Assembly: GCA_016213135.1 (NCBI GenBank)
Contig: JACRBQ010000035.1
Location: forward strand, 149,722 to 213,721
Reading direction: 5' to 3'
Source of the DNA: Chloroflexota bacterium
Lineage (GTDB): Bacteria; Chloroflexota; Anaerolineae; Anaerolineales; VGOW01
DNA: 64,000 nt
This document shows, one piece after another, positions 53,005-61,843 of this stretch (position 1 is the first letter of the stretch; every line of letters starts with the position of its first letter). The translations under genes and the position numbers were made by a program. Under the pieces are notes generated by a model. It searched no databases and was not told where the DNA came from. It was given only the letters and a program-made list of their open reading frames with translations.

Positions 53005-55018
53005 ACGCCGCCACAAGCTCCTCCACCCTGCCTCCATTCAGATTCAACATCAACAACCCCTGAATCTGCGCCAGTATCTGCTCGTTGCTGAACACCGTGC
53101 CGCTGATTGCGCCCGCCGGGCAGGCGGCCACGCAGGTGCCGCAGCCCTGGCACAGCGCCGGGTTGATCTCGGACACCATGCGGTCGTCGTGGAACAGGAT
53201 GGCGTTGAACGGGCACAGGTTGTTGCAGATGCGGCAGCCCGAGCATCGGTGTTCGTTGATGGAAGCCCGCACCGGCTCCAGCGAGATTTCCTTTTGCTGG
53301 ATGCGCCCCTGCACCCGCGCCGCGGCGGCGGCCCCCTGAACCACGCTGTTGGGGATGTCCTTCGGCCCCTGCACGCAGCCGGCGATGAAGATACCCTCGG
53401 TCATGGTGGCCACCGGATCCAGCTTGGGGTGCTTCTCGATAAACCAACCGTCGGCGCTGCACGACAGGCCGAAGAGTTGGGCCGTTTGCTTCGCGTCCCG
53501 GCGCGGCTCCAGCCCGGCGGCCAGCAGCACCATGTCCACCGGAATGCGCCGTTGCCTGCCAATCAGCGTATCCTCGGCTTGAATGATCAGTTTGCCTTCC
53601 TCGCCCGGCATGCGGGCGGCGTCGGTCACTTCGGCGGCGCGGCCGCGGATGACGTGCGTGCCCTCGTCCCGCACGCGCTGATCAAACTCGTCGTAGGCTT
53701 TGGCCGCCGTGCGCATGTCAATGTAGAAGTTGTACACTTCCGCGCCGGTGCGCTCTTTGACGATGTGAGCAAACTTGAGGCTCTGCATACAGCAGATGGC
53801 CGAGCAGTAGTTGTTGAAATTCTTGTCGCGGCTGCCCACGCAGTGGATGATGCCCACCGTTTTCGGCGCGGTGAGGCCGTCGCGCAGGACGACGTTGCCA
53901 TTGGTCGGGCCGGCGGCGTTGCACATGCGCTCGAACTCCAAACTGGTGAACACATTCGCCAGCCGCCCGTAGCCATATTGCGGGATGCGCCGCGAGTCGA
54001 ACAGGTCGAAGCCGGTGGCCAGCACGATGTTGCCCACTTGCAGCGTGATCAGCTCGTCCTGCTGGCTGAAGTCAATCGCGCCGGTCGGGCAGAATTTCTC
54101 ACACGCCTTGCAGGTGCCCTTCTGGAAGTACGTGCAGTTCTCGCGGTCAATCACCGGATACTTCGGCACGGCTTGGGCGAAGGGCGTGTAAATCGCTTTG
54201 CGATAGCCCAGCCCGGCCTCGAACACGTTGTCCACCACTTTCTTGGGGCATTTCTCCTCACACACGCCGCACCCGGTGCACAAATCGGTCTTCACGCAAC
54301 GGGCCTTCTGGCGCACCGTCACTGTGAAGTTGCCGACGTACCCCTCCACCTTCTCCACTTCGCTCCAGGTCATCATCGTAATGTTCGGGTGCATGCCTAC
54401 CGACACCATCTTCGGTGTGAGAATGCAGGCGGCGCAGTCCAGCGTGGGGAAGGTTTTGTCGAACTGGGCCATGTGCCCGCCGATGGACGGCTCGCGCTCC
54501 ACCAGATACACGCGGTGGCCGCCGTCGGCGATCTCCAGCGCGGCCTGAATGCCGGCGATGCCGCCGCCCACCACAAGCGTGGCTGGATGGATGGGAACGC
54601 GCAGAGGCTCAAGCGGCTCGTCCCACAGCACGCGCTCCACCCCGCCGGACGTGACCGCCTTTGCTTTTTCGGTGGCGGCCACTTTGTCGGTGTGCACCCA
54701 CGACACTTGCTCGCGAATGGAAACCAACTCGCACAAATACGGGTTCAGCCCGGCGCGGGCGCAGGCATTGCGGAAGGTCTGCTCGTGCAGGTGGGGCGAG
54801 CAGGCGGCCACGACCACGCGCGTCAGCCCCAGCTCTTTGATGTCCTGTTCGATGAGTTCCTGGCCCAGGCTTGAGCACATGAACTTGTAATCGCGGGCGA
54901 TGATCACGCCGCGATGCTTGAGCCGCCCCGCCGCCCATTGGGCCACCTGGACCACATCGACCACACCCGCAATGTTGCTGCCGCAGTGGCAAACATAGAC
55001 GCCAATTCTTTCGGCCAT
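53003..55018 (-). CDS. hdrA: Heterodisulfide reductase subunit A
   Basis: IGVYVCHCGSNIAG, VVGGGIAGIQAALEIADGG, FPTLDCAAC, HCVGSRDKNFNNYCSAICCM, C-terminal CSGCRICNNLCP..CQGCGTCVAACP. Confidence 0.92.
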   Translation of the reverse strand: MAERIGVYVCHCGSNIAGVVDVVQVAQWAAGRLKHRGVIIARDYKFMCSSLGQELIEQDIKELGLTRVVVAACSPHLHEQTFRNACARAGLNPYLCELVSIREQVSWVHTDKVAATEKAKAVTSGGVERVLWDEPLEPLRVPIHPATLVVGGGIAGIQAALEIADGGHRVYLVEREPSIGGHMAQFDKTFPTLDCAACILTPKMVSVGMHPNITMMTWSEVEKVEGYVGNFTVTVRQKARCVKTDLCTGCGVCEEKCPKKVVDNVFEAGLGYRKAIYTPFAQAVPKYPVIDRENCTYFQKGTCKACEKFCPTGAIDFSQQDELITLQVGNIVLATGFDLFDSRRIPQYGYGRLANVFTSLEFERMCNAAGPTNGNVVLRDGLTAPKTVGIIHCVGSRDKNFNNYCSAICCMQSLKFAHIVKERTGAEVYNFYIDMRTAAKAYDEFDQRVRDEGTHVIRGRAAEVTDAARMPGEEGKLIIQAEDTLIGRQRRIPVDMVLLAAGLEPRRDAKQTAQLFGLSCSADGWFIEKHPKLDPVATMTEGIFIAGCVQGPKDIPNSVVQGAAAAARVQGRIQQKEISLEPVRASINEHRCSGCRICNNLCPFNAILFHDDRMVSEINPALCQGCGTCVAACPAGAISGTVFSNEQILAQIQGLLMLNLNGGRVEELVAA

Positions 55019-55085
55019 GTGTCATTCTCCAAACGCTTGCCCGGCCGCCTTCACCCGCATGAGGCGTGAAATGAAAATTCACACC

Positions 55086-56075
55086 TCACGGTTTTGCTCC
55101 CGGCATCGGCAGCGCCTTGTCATCCTTCCGTCGCCGGGCGGGGGCCCCGGCTTTGGGCGGTTCGCCGATCTTTGCCAGCGCGGCGGCCGCGCTCACAATT
55201 TCCTTGCCGAAGCCCAGCGCCTTCTCGTCCAGCCCAAAAGCCAGCCCCATCATTTGTGTGAAGTACAGAATTGGCAAATTGAAGCCGGCGCCGAAGTGCT
55301 GGTTCACCCGCGACTGGTAGGCGTCCAGATTCAACTGGCACATGGGGCACAGGGTGACTATCACGTCGGCTTTGTAGTCGGCGGCGTTTTGCAAAAGGCG
55401 GCGCAGCAGTTCGTAGGCCACTTCCGCCGATATTTGTGTCATGTGCCCGCCGCAACAATGCGCTTTCAACGGGAAGTCCACGACCTCGGCGCCGAGGGCT
55501 TTCATCAGTTGATCGAGTTCGGTGGGATATTCGGCGTTGGAGAGCTCGCCGCCCAGGCGCGGGCGGACGAGGAGGCAGCCATAGTAGGGGGCCACCCGCA
55601 GCCCGGTGAGGGGCTTGGTGACGCGCCGTTTGATCTCCTCGAAGCCCACGTCGTTCACCATCACGTCGAGCAGGTGGCGCACAAATATCGTGCCGGGGTC
55701 GTAGCGCAGCCCGCCGGCGGCCAGGGCCTCGTTGGTGGCCGTGCGCAGGGTTTCGTCATCCTGCAAATAACGGTCGGCTTTGCGGAGGTTGAGGAAGCAG
55801 GCGCTGCACGGGGCCACCAGCTGCGCCCGGCCATCGGCTGCCAGGCGCCCGTTGCCGGGGGCGTGCAGTTGCTTTTGGGCCAGGGCCAGGTTGCGGCCTA
55901 TCAGCGCGTAGGCCGCCAGTTTGTTAATGGCGATGTATTCCGTGGCCCCGCAGCAGTTCCAGTCTTCGAGTTCGTCCAGGCCCAGGCCGAGGTGCGCCGC
56001 CACCGCGCGGGTGGACACGTCGTAGGCCGCGGCGTTGCGTTCCAACGAACAACCGGGATAGTAGCCGTAGTTCAT
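55086..56075 (-). CDS. hdrB: Heterodisulfide reductase subunit B
   Basis: Real start MNYGYYPGCSLE (ATG 56075, ATGA overlap with the hdrC stop). CCG motifs WNCCGA and AHCCGG. The first 170 codons of the ORF-track entry are out-of-frame. Confidence 0.9.
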   Translation of the reverse strand: MNYGYYPGCSLERNAAAYDVSTRAVAAHLGLGLDELEDWNCCGATEYIAINKLAAYALIGRNLALAQKQLHAPGNGRLAADGRAQLVAPCSACFLNLRKADRYLQDDETLRTATNEALAAGGLRYDPGTIFVRHLLDVMVNDVGFEEIKRRVTKPLTGLRVAPYYGCLLVRPRLGGELSNAEYPTELDQLMKALGAEVVDFPLKAHCCGGHMTQISAEVAYELLRRLLQNAADYKADVIVTLCPMCQLNLDAYQSRVNQHFGAGFNLPILYFTQMMGLAFGLDEKALGFGKEIVSAAAALAKIGEPPKAGAPARRRKDDKALPMPGAKP

Positions 56076-56665
56076 AGTAGTTTCGAGCCTCCTGTCGCTT
56101 CGGCCTTGCGGGCCATGGCTTTGGCCGTCTCGAGGATTGCGTGCAATCCCTCCATGTCCTTGATGCGCTTCGGCGTGAGGGCCAGCCGGTCGCGGGCGAA
56201 CATGTCCAGGGCCAGCGTGCCGATGCCGACCTTGCGCAGCGGGGAATGGGCCAGGTGAAAGCGCGTGGCCAGGCCCAGCTCGAAACTGCGCCCGTAGCGC
56301 TCGACGTAGCCGATGAAGGTCTGCGAAAAGTCGGGCGCGGCGTCGTGATCGGTGTAGCCCTCGCGGATGGCCATGCGCTTGAGGGAGTACATCACGTCGG
56401 TGATGTGAATCTCCTGCGGGCAGCGCACCATGCAATAGTAGCAGCTTACGCAGTACCACGGCGTGTTGCTCTGCAGCACCTCGTCGCGCAGGCCGGCGGC
56501 GATCATGGCGAACAACCTGCGCGGGGTGGCGTCCATATCCGCTCCCGAAGGGCACGACCCGCCGCACGTGCCGCATTGCAGGCAAGTGCGCAGCGTGTCA
56601 CCGCCGGGCGTGGCGTCGATCACGTCTTGCAGAAACGTTTGTTGCGGGTGGATGGGAGACGTCAC
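56072..56665 (-). CDS. hdrC: Heterodisulfide reductase subunit C
   Basis: GTG start with GGGAGG RBS. CLQCGTCGGSCP and CVSCYYCMVRCP. Confidence 0.9.
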   Translation of the reverse strand: MTSPIHPQQTFLQDVIDATPGGDTLRTCLQCGTCGGSCPSGADMDATPRRLFAMIAAGLRDEVLQSNTPWYCVSCYYCMVRCPQEIHITDVMYSLKRMAIREGYTDHDAAPDFSQTFIGYVERYGRSFELGLATRFHLAHSPLRKVGIGTLALDMFARDRLALTPKRIKDMEGLHAILETAKAMARKAEATGGSKLL

Positions 56666-56693
56666 GGGTAACCTCCCGGTTGGCGAGAATATA

Positions 56694-56726
56694 AAAGTCT
56701 CCGGACTCGTTGTCGGAGACTTTTTG
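56694..56726 (-). terminator. Terminator-like hairpin with U-tract about 28 nt upstream of the hdrC start
   Basis: aaaagtctccg-N10-cggagactttt. On the minus strand the stem is followed by TTTTATATT. Confidence 0.5.
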
Positions 56727-56829
56727 AGAATTGCGTTGACCTCATAAGCGAAGACATTCGCCGCCTTCTCTTCCCATGAAATAGACCCTCATGGCCTAAC
56801 TGCAATTGTAGAGTTATCAAGCGCGGCGA

Positions 56830-56860
56830 ATAGTGCAAAATGTCACAAATAGGGGGTGAC
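56830..56860 (-). promoter_or_regulatory. Candidate operator upstream of hdrCBA-mvhDGA
   Basis: atagtgcaaaatgtcac shares 13 of 14 nt (GTGC[CA]AAATGTCAC) with 3197-3210. It is followed by GTCAC-N9-GTGAC. Confidence 0.35.
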
Positions 56861-56903
56861 GGATGAAGGATGAAGGATGAAGGATGAAGGATGAAGGATT
56901 TGG
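56861..56903. repeat. (GGATGAA)x5 perfect heptamer tandem array
   Basis: ggatgaa repeated five times, then ggatttgg. Lies in the hdrC upstream region. Confidence 0.95.
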
Positions 56904-56955
56904 ACGTCAAGGTCGCTGCCACAATAGATAGCTTGCTCGCGTCGGGCAGGGGCCA

Positions 56956-57402
56956 TCAACCCCAATCGTCGAGCTTGAAACCACCGGCAAACGGGTTGAC
57001 AAACCGCACGCTCTCCAACGTCGCGCCGACGTTGAAATCTTCGCTGAAAATCACCGGGACTTGATTGAGCCGGGCGGTGGCCCATACTTGCGCGTCGTAA
57101 TACGCCAGTTGGTGGTCGCGCACACCGCGCGCGGCCTCTAGCACAATGGCCGGGGTGAGATCGAAGACCGTTAGAAGCTGAAGAAACCGTTCCACCTCCT
57201 GCATGGCCTGGGCGGGCGGAACCGGCGGGCGCAACTTGCGGGTGACCACGTTGGTAAACTCGGCCAGCGCCTGCACACTGATGCAACCCCGCCCGCCCGA
57301 TTCGAGCCGAACCAACACATCCAACGCCCGGTCCTGTTTGAACTCATCCTGAGCATCAAAGGCATAGACCAGCACATTTGTGTCCAGCAAAATGCGCGTC
57401 AT
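56956..57402 (-). CDS. vapC: PIN-domain toxin
   Basis: MTRILLDTNVLVYAF.. with conserved acidic residues. 4-bp overlap with the upstream antitoxin gene. Confidence 0.85.
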   Translation of the reverse strand: MTRILLDTNVLVYAFDAQDEFKQDRALDVLVRLESGGRGCISVQALAEFTNVVTRKLRPPVPPAQAMQEVERFLQLLTVFDLTPAIVLEAARGVRDHQLAYYDAQVWATARLNQVPVIFSEDFNVGATLESVRFVNPFAGGFKLDDWG

Positions 57403-57710
57403 TGTCCAGCCTCAGGATGTGAGAACTTGTCAAACCGCGCCTCGCGATCCTCATAAGCATCTTCGCGTTTCCAGCGGTAAGGTGCGACGTCGGGTTGTTT
57501 AAATTGCCGCCGCGCTCGCGCCGACTTGAGCAAGGCATCCAACACCTGGCGATTGCCGGGCAGATGGTGTGACACAGGCGCGGCGGCTTCCCGATCCAGC
57601 GCCTGCCGGATAATCTCGGCCTCGCTCACCTGCCGCGCCTTGGCCAGCCGCTTGAGCAGGGCCTCCTGGCGCTTGCCAATATAAATCTGTTTGCGAATCA
57701 TCTTAGCCAT
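57399..57710 (-). CDS. vapB: Ribbon-helix-helix antitoxin
   Basis: RKQIYIGKRQEALLKRLAKARQVSEAEIIRQALD is a typical RHH N-terminus. AAGGAGG RBS. Confidence 0.75.
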   Translation of the reverse strand: MAKMIRKQIYIGKRQEALLKRLAKARQVSEAEIIRQALDREAAAPVSHHLPGNRQVLDALLKSARARRQFKQPDVAPYRWKREDAYEDREARFDKFSHPEAGQ

Positions 57711-57745
57711 GGCGGCCTCCTTGTATACATCATATTATACATCAC
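57711..57745 (-). promoter_or_regulatory. vapBC promoter/operator
   Basis: Direct repeat tatacatca at 57724 and 57736. The minus strand reads TGATGTATAATATGATGTATA with a perfect TATAAT about 25 nt upstream of the ATG. Confidence 0.5.
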
Positions 57746-57918
57746 ATGCCTGACACAGCCGCCAGCACCGACTTTGCGCCCAGGGCATAATGCTCTACCT
57801 TCACAATGGCCTTCCAACCCAGCCGGGCCGGGTTTTGGACGATATAGACTTCGGGGTTGCTACATGAAGCGCACTTCGGTTGCCGCGCTCGGGTCTTCGC
57901 GATGCGGGCGGCGGGAGA

Positions 57919-59343
57919 TCAGGTCGAAGCCTCGGTTGTCCTTTTCCCCTTGATGGCCGACATGACGATCCCCAATGCAGCCACGCCGGCCGCGACCAGT
58001 AAAGCCATGTCAATACCCTGATAGAACGCCTGAGGCGCATTTTGTGCCAGATGTGTGGTAAAGATAGCGCCTGCCAACCCGATTCCAAGCACCATACCCA
58101 CGTTACGGGCGGCAGCCTGGACTCCTGAAGCGATGCCCTGATGAGATTTCGGTGCGGATCCCATCAGCGCACTGGTATTGGGCGAAATGAATATGCCGGT
58201 GCCGGACCCGGCGATTGCCAGCGCCAGCACCACGTACCACAGGGCCGTCTCGGACCCCAGGCCGGACAGCAAGAACAAGCCGCCGGCCAGAATGCTCATG
58301 CCGATCATCCCAGGCCAGCGCGAACCGACTTTGTCCGAAAGCGCTCCACTGACGGGTGCGACAATGGCCATGATTATCGGTAGTGCAGTTAGAAGCAGTC
58401 CGGCCACCGCCGGCTTTAGTCCGCGCCCCTGGAGCAAGTAGAAGGGCATCAGGAACACGATGCTATAGACACAGACATAGTTCAGCAATGCGCTGACGAC
58501 GGAGGTTGAAAACAATGGGATGCGGAACAGGCTCAAGTCGAGCATAGGGGCAGGAGAGTGGCGCTCGATCATAACGAAGTTGACCAACAGGAAAACTGCC
58601 GTGCCAAGCAATCCCAGGATGGGCAGGGACGTCCAGCCCCATTTCGCGCCCTGGTTCAGACCGAGCAGAAGCGTTGCCAACCCGCCCAGGAAAACCACCG
58701 CGCCGAGCAGGTCGAAACGCCGGTCAGTTGTGGCGGGGGCATCCTGTGGGATGAAGAACAAACTCAGGGTCAAAGCCAATGCCCCAACCGGTATATTAAT
58801 GTAAAAGACAGTGCGCCACCCGAAAGCCTGGGCCAGCCATCCGCCCAGTGACGGCCCCACGGTCAACCCGAGATAGGTCATCGTCGAGACCAGGCCAAAA
58901 GCTTGTCCGCGTTGCGCAGCAGGAAAATTGCCGGTCACAAGAGCGAGGGAGTTGGAGGCCAGCATCGCTCCGCCCACGGCTTGCAGGCCGCGGAAGAACA
59001 CCAGGGCAGTAGTTGACCAAGCCGCCCCGCATAAGGTTGAACTGACGACGAAGATGACAAATCCCCAAACGTAGATGGTTTTGTGTCCGCGCAGATCGCC
59101 CAGGCGGCCAAAGGTGAGCAGGAGTCCACTCAACACGAGCAGGTAGACGGCAACGATCCATTCGATGGCGGCGACGTTGCTCCGAAAGGCATCGCGAACG
59201 ATAGGCAGAATGATGTTGACCACACTCGCGTCCAGGGCGGCCATGAAGGAACCGGCTCCGATAGCGATGAGCACCCACCACTTACGGTCGATAGTTTTTA
59301 TCATAGAAAATGAAAAGGACGTTTCCCTGCGCCGCCGCATCAA
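57919..59343 (-). CDS. MFS transporter, 14-TM drug:H+ antiporter (DHA2/EmrB-QacA) type
   Basis: WWVLIAIGAGSFMAALDASVVNIILP, GRLGDLRGHK, multiple TM segments. Alternative start MIKTID at 59304. Confidence 0.85.
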   Translation of the reverse strand: MMRRRRETSFSFSMIKTIDRKWWVLIAIGAGSFMAALDASVVNIILPIVRDAFRSNVAAIEWIVAVYLLVLSGLLLTFGRLGDLRGHKTIYVWGFVIFVVSSTLCGAAWSTTALVFFRGLQAVGGAMLASNSLALVTGNFPAAQRGQAFGLVSTMTYLGLTVGPSLGGWLAQAFGWRTVFYINIPVGALALTLSLFFIPQDAPATTDRRFDLLGAVVFLGGLATLLLGLNQGAKWGWTSLPILGLLGTAVFLLVNFVMIERHSPAPMLDLSLFRIPLFSTSVVSALLNYVCVYSIVFLMPFYLLQGRGLKPAVAGLLLTALPIIMAIVAPVSGALSDKVGSRWPGMIGMSILAGGLFLLSGLGSETALWYVVLALAIAGSGTGIFISPNTSALMGSAPKSHQGIASGVQAAARNVGMVLGIGLAGAIFTTHLAQNAPQAFYQGIDMALLVAAGVAALGIVMSAIKGKRTTEAST

Positions 59344-59423
59344 ACAGTCTCACGTGCCCACGTGCACACCCGCCGAAGTGAACAGCGCACGGGCCAATTC
59401 ACCCCGCTTGCTTCAGTTGGGTC

Positions 59424-59531
59424 TAGTAGTCCGCCAATGTTAGAACGCCGTGTAGTTTAGCGCCTTGTGCGCGTGCGCCGCCCACAAGGGGCTAGGCTAC
59501 GACTATGCGATCCAAATTTGGTGAACTACTA
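59424..59531. mobile_element. 108-bp MITE-like element, copy 1 (decayed)
   Basis: 100 of 108 nt identical to 61841..61948. Termini tagtagtccgccaa / ttggtgaactacta. Its internal long hairpin is partly degraded. Confidence 0.75.
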
Positions 59532-59743
59532 GGCATTTGCCCCGTCCACCGGGCTATTCGCCGCGTGCGCCGTTCGCAGCAGGCGACGAAGTGTGCCAGC
59601 CGCTTGCGGAAAAACTCAATTGTGGTGGCAGCGATTTGCTGTGAACGTTTGGCAATGAAAAAGCCGTCAACCCATCTTTGCAAAGACGGATAGACGGCCT
59701 GAGCCAAAAGAATAGACCCTTGTGTTTCAAATGCGTTGTTCAT
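59492..59743 (-). pseudogene. Tyrosine-recombinase (phage integrase) N-terminal stub truncated by the MITE-like element
   Basis: MNNAFETQGSILLAQAV..VDGFFIAKRSQQIAATTIEFFRKRLAHFV resembles the SAM-like N-domain of integrases. The frame then runs into the repeat at 59531 and stops. Lies 50 nt from the tRNA-Cys 3' end. Confidence 0.4.
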
Positions 59744-59793
59744 GGTCTCTCCCTCTCCAATGAGACGAAAAGACCGCAAAACAAGCTTCGCAG

Positions 59794-59865
59794 AGGCGAC
59801 GGGCGGATTTGAACCGCCGAATGAGGGTTTTGCAGACCCTTGCCTTACCACTTGGCGACGTCGCC
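59794..59865 (-). tRNA. tRNA-Cys (GCA)
   Basis: Hand-folded cloverleaf: acceptor GGCGACG/CGTCGCC, anticodon arm AGGGT-CTGCAAA-ACCCT, T arm GGCGG-TTCAAAT-CCGCC. CCA is not encoded. Confidence 0.9.
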
Positions 59866-59933
59866 GCTTGAAATATGACAAATGGCTGACAGCAATGACC
59901 ACGAGCCATACGCTATCAGCCATCTGCTTCTTG

Positions 59934-60006
59934 AGCGGGCTAAGGGACTCGAACCCTCGACCTTCTCCTTGGCAAGGAGGTGTTCTACCAACTGAACTAA
60001 GCCCGC
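59934..60006 (-). tRNA. tRNA-Gly (GCC)
   Basis: Acceptor GCGGGCT/AGCCCGC, D arm GTTC..GAAC, anticodon loop TTGCCAA, T arm GAGGG-TTCGAGT-CCCTT. Confidence 0.9.
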
Positions 60007-60035
60007 GAATCCCGGCCCTGCGCTGGCCGAGCAAG

Positions 60036-60108
60036 TGCCGAGACTCAGACTTGAACTGAGGACCCATGCATTTTCAGTGCATTGCTCTACCAACTGAGCT
60101 ATCTCGGC
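60036..60108 (-). tRNA. tRNA-Phe (GAA)
   Basis: Acceptor GCCGAGA/TCTCGGC, D arm GCTC..GAGC, anticodon arm ATGCA-CTGAAAA-TGCAT, T arm CTCAG-TTCAAGT-CTGAG. Confidence 0.9.
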
Positions 60109-60254
60109 CAGATTTGGTAGCGGCATTTTAGCCGAAGGGTATGGGCTTGTCAAGCGACGAGCCGTCGTTGATCGAATTAACCCCATGGGGGCCATGGGCC
60201 ATTTTCAATAGATCACGAAAAGGTAGTAGCCGCTTGCGCGTCAGTCGTTTGGCC

Positions 60255-60303
60255 AGCGACTAAAGTCGCCACTACGGCCACTACGGGGCGATTTCGTGAT
60301 CTA
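60255..60303. repeat. Fourth copy of the CGACTAAAGTCG element
   Basis: agcgactaaagtcgccactacg..atttcgtgatcta matches the 16321..16420 copies, including the tail. Confidence 0.8.
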
Positions 60304-60330
60304 TTGATTATGTTACAATCAGCCCACTTC

Positions 60331-60424
60331 GGGGGCGGTTGGCGTCCGGTGGCGTCCGCGGTCTTCAAAACCGTTGTCGGGCCGGTTGGTCCGGGGTGGG
60401 TTCGACTCCCATCCGCCCCCGCCA
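60331..60424 (+). tRNA. selC: tRNA-Sec (TCA)
   Basis: 8-bp acceptor GGGGGCGG/CCGCCCCC. 6-bp D stem GGCGTC/GGCGTC (with G-U pairs) and CGGT loop as in E. coli selC. Anticodon loop CTTCAAA. Long variable arm GGGCCGGTTGGTCCGGGG. T arm GTGGG-TTCGACT-CCCAT. GCCA 3' end. Confidence 0.9.
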
Positions 60425-60604
60425 CGCGGGAAGGAGCCCCCGCCTATAGTATTCCTCTGCGGAAACTATGCCAACCGCGAAGATGTTTTGAACTGCAAAG
60501 GCGCGAAGAGCGCGAAGGAAAAATTTATGAGAAACTTCGCGCCCTTTGCGGGCCTTTGCGCCTTCGCGGTGAGATTTTGGTTGCGGCTGGAAGCCGCGCT
60601 ATGA

Positions 60605-61843
60605 TTGGCAAAGGGAAACTCTATGACTGAAAGCGATGGTTTACTGACCGGCGTTGCGGCGTCCCTGCGATCCGTGGTGGACCAGGTGATGAGTGTGGCC
60701 GACGTGACCCTGGGGCGCAACGAAGGGTACGCGGTTCGCTTCAGGGGCACGCTGCGCATCGATTCGGTCGAAGCCTACGAACGGGTGGACGCCGTTTTCC
60801 GGCAGCACGATTTCACGCCGGTATTTCGCCTCGAAGACGGTCAGCACGTCATCAAAGCCATGCCGGGGGTGATCAATCCCAACCCGTCGAATGTCGCGGT
60901 GAATGTGGTGTTGCTCGGCCTCACCGTGCTCAGCGCGTTCTACACCGGCGCGCTCTATAGCTACGACGGCCCGGCTACCAGCGCCGGCCAGGTGCTGCTG
61001 CAAGGGTTGGTGCGCATTACTAGCGGGTGGCCGTTTGCCGTCGGCTTGCTTTCCATCCTCCTGGCCCACGAGTTCGGCCACTACATCGCCGCCCGGCGGC
61101 ACGGCGCGCCCGTCACGCTCCCGTATTTCATCCCCATGCCATACCCCATCAGCCCGTTCGGCACGCTGGGCGCGGTGATACTGATGAAAGCCCCCATTCG
61201 CAACCGGCGCATCCTGCTGGATATCGGCATCGCCGGCCCGCTCGCCGGGTTCATCGTGGCCGTTCCAGTGTTACTCATCGGCTTGCTGCGCTCGCACGTG
61301 GAACCGCTGCCCCTGGCCTTTGCGGCCGGGCAGGGCATCAGCCTCGAAGGCAACTCCATTTTCTACCTGCTCGCCAAGTTTCTTGTTTTTGGCAAGCTCC
61401 TGCCCGCGCCCGCCGCCTATGGCGCAGGCGGGCCGCTGCTCTACTGGCTGCGCTACTTCTTCACCAGCACCCCTATTCCGCTGGGCGGCAAGGATGTGAT
61501 TCTGGATCAGGTGGCCTGGGCCGGTTGGGCCGGGCTGCTCGTCACCGGCCTCAACCTCATCCCTGCCGGGCAATTGGACGGCGGCCATGCCCTGTACGTG
61601 CTGATGGGCAAACGAGTGGAAAAGCTGCTGCCGTTTATTGTGGGGCTGCTGGTGCTGTTGGGGTTTGTGTGGCCGGGGTGGTGGCTGTGGGCCGCGCTGA
61701 TCTACTTCGTCAACCGGCGGCACGCCGAACTGCTGGATGAGATTACGGTGTTGGACGCCCGTCGCTCCACGCTGGCCTGGGTGACGTTGATCCTGTTCGT
61801 GCTGGTGATCACCCCGGTGCCGCTGATGCTCATCTCGGGTTAG
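60605..61843 (+). CDS. Site-2 protease (M50) family membrane metalloprotease
   Basis: HEFGHYIAARRHG zinc motif, multiple TM helices, NLIPAGQLDGGH. The start is uncertain (alternative MTESDG at 60623). The stop codon TAG is the first triplet of the MITE-like element. Confidence 0.85.
   Translation: MAKGNSMTESDGLLTGVAASLRSVVDQVMSVADVTLGRNEGYAVRFRGTLRIDSVEAYERVDAVFRQHDFTPVFRLEDGQHVIKAMPGVINPNPSNVAVNVVLLGLTVLSAFYTGALYSYDGPATSAGQVLLQGLVRITSGWPFAVGLLSILLAHEFGHYIAARRHGAPVTLPYFIPMPYPISPFGTLGAVILMKAPIRNRRILLDIGIAGPLAGFIVAVPVLLIGLLRSHVEPLPLAFAAGQGISLEGNSIFYLLAKFLVFGKLLPAPAAYGAGGPLLYWLRYFFTSTPIPLGGKDVILDQVAWAGWAGLLVTGLNLIPAGQLDGGHALYVLMGKRVEKLLPFIVGLLVLLGFVWPGWWLWAALIYFVNRRHAELLDEITVLDARRSTLAWVTLILFVLVITPVPLMLISG

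Noticed and set aside
49752-55018. Selenocysteine (in-frame TGA) versions of mvhA, mvhD or hdrA, prompted by the nearby tRNA-Sec
   Set aside because: All three ORFs are uninterrupted. The positions that are Sec in selenoprotein homologues are Cys here (for example DPCFGCATH), and no split ORF pair flanks a TGA.
56861-56903. Tandem arrays (here and at 36818, 63913, 4402) considered as CRISPR arrays
   Set aside because: The units are 7 nt with no spacers, and no cas genes are in the window. They are microsatellite/STRR-like, not CRISPR.
57801-58088. 95-aa ORF between vapB and the MFS gene
   Set aside because: It overlaps the 3' end of the MFS gene out of frame. Its composition is Arg/Trp/Ser-rich nonsense.
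59492-60067. 191-aa ORF (and 59845..60195) spanning the tRNA cluster
   Set aside because: It runs straight through tRNA-Cys and tRNA-Gly. Only the 59492..59743 part, from an internal ATG with an RBS, has any protein-like (integrase N-domain) character.
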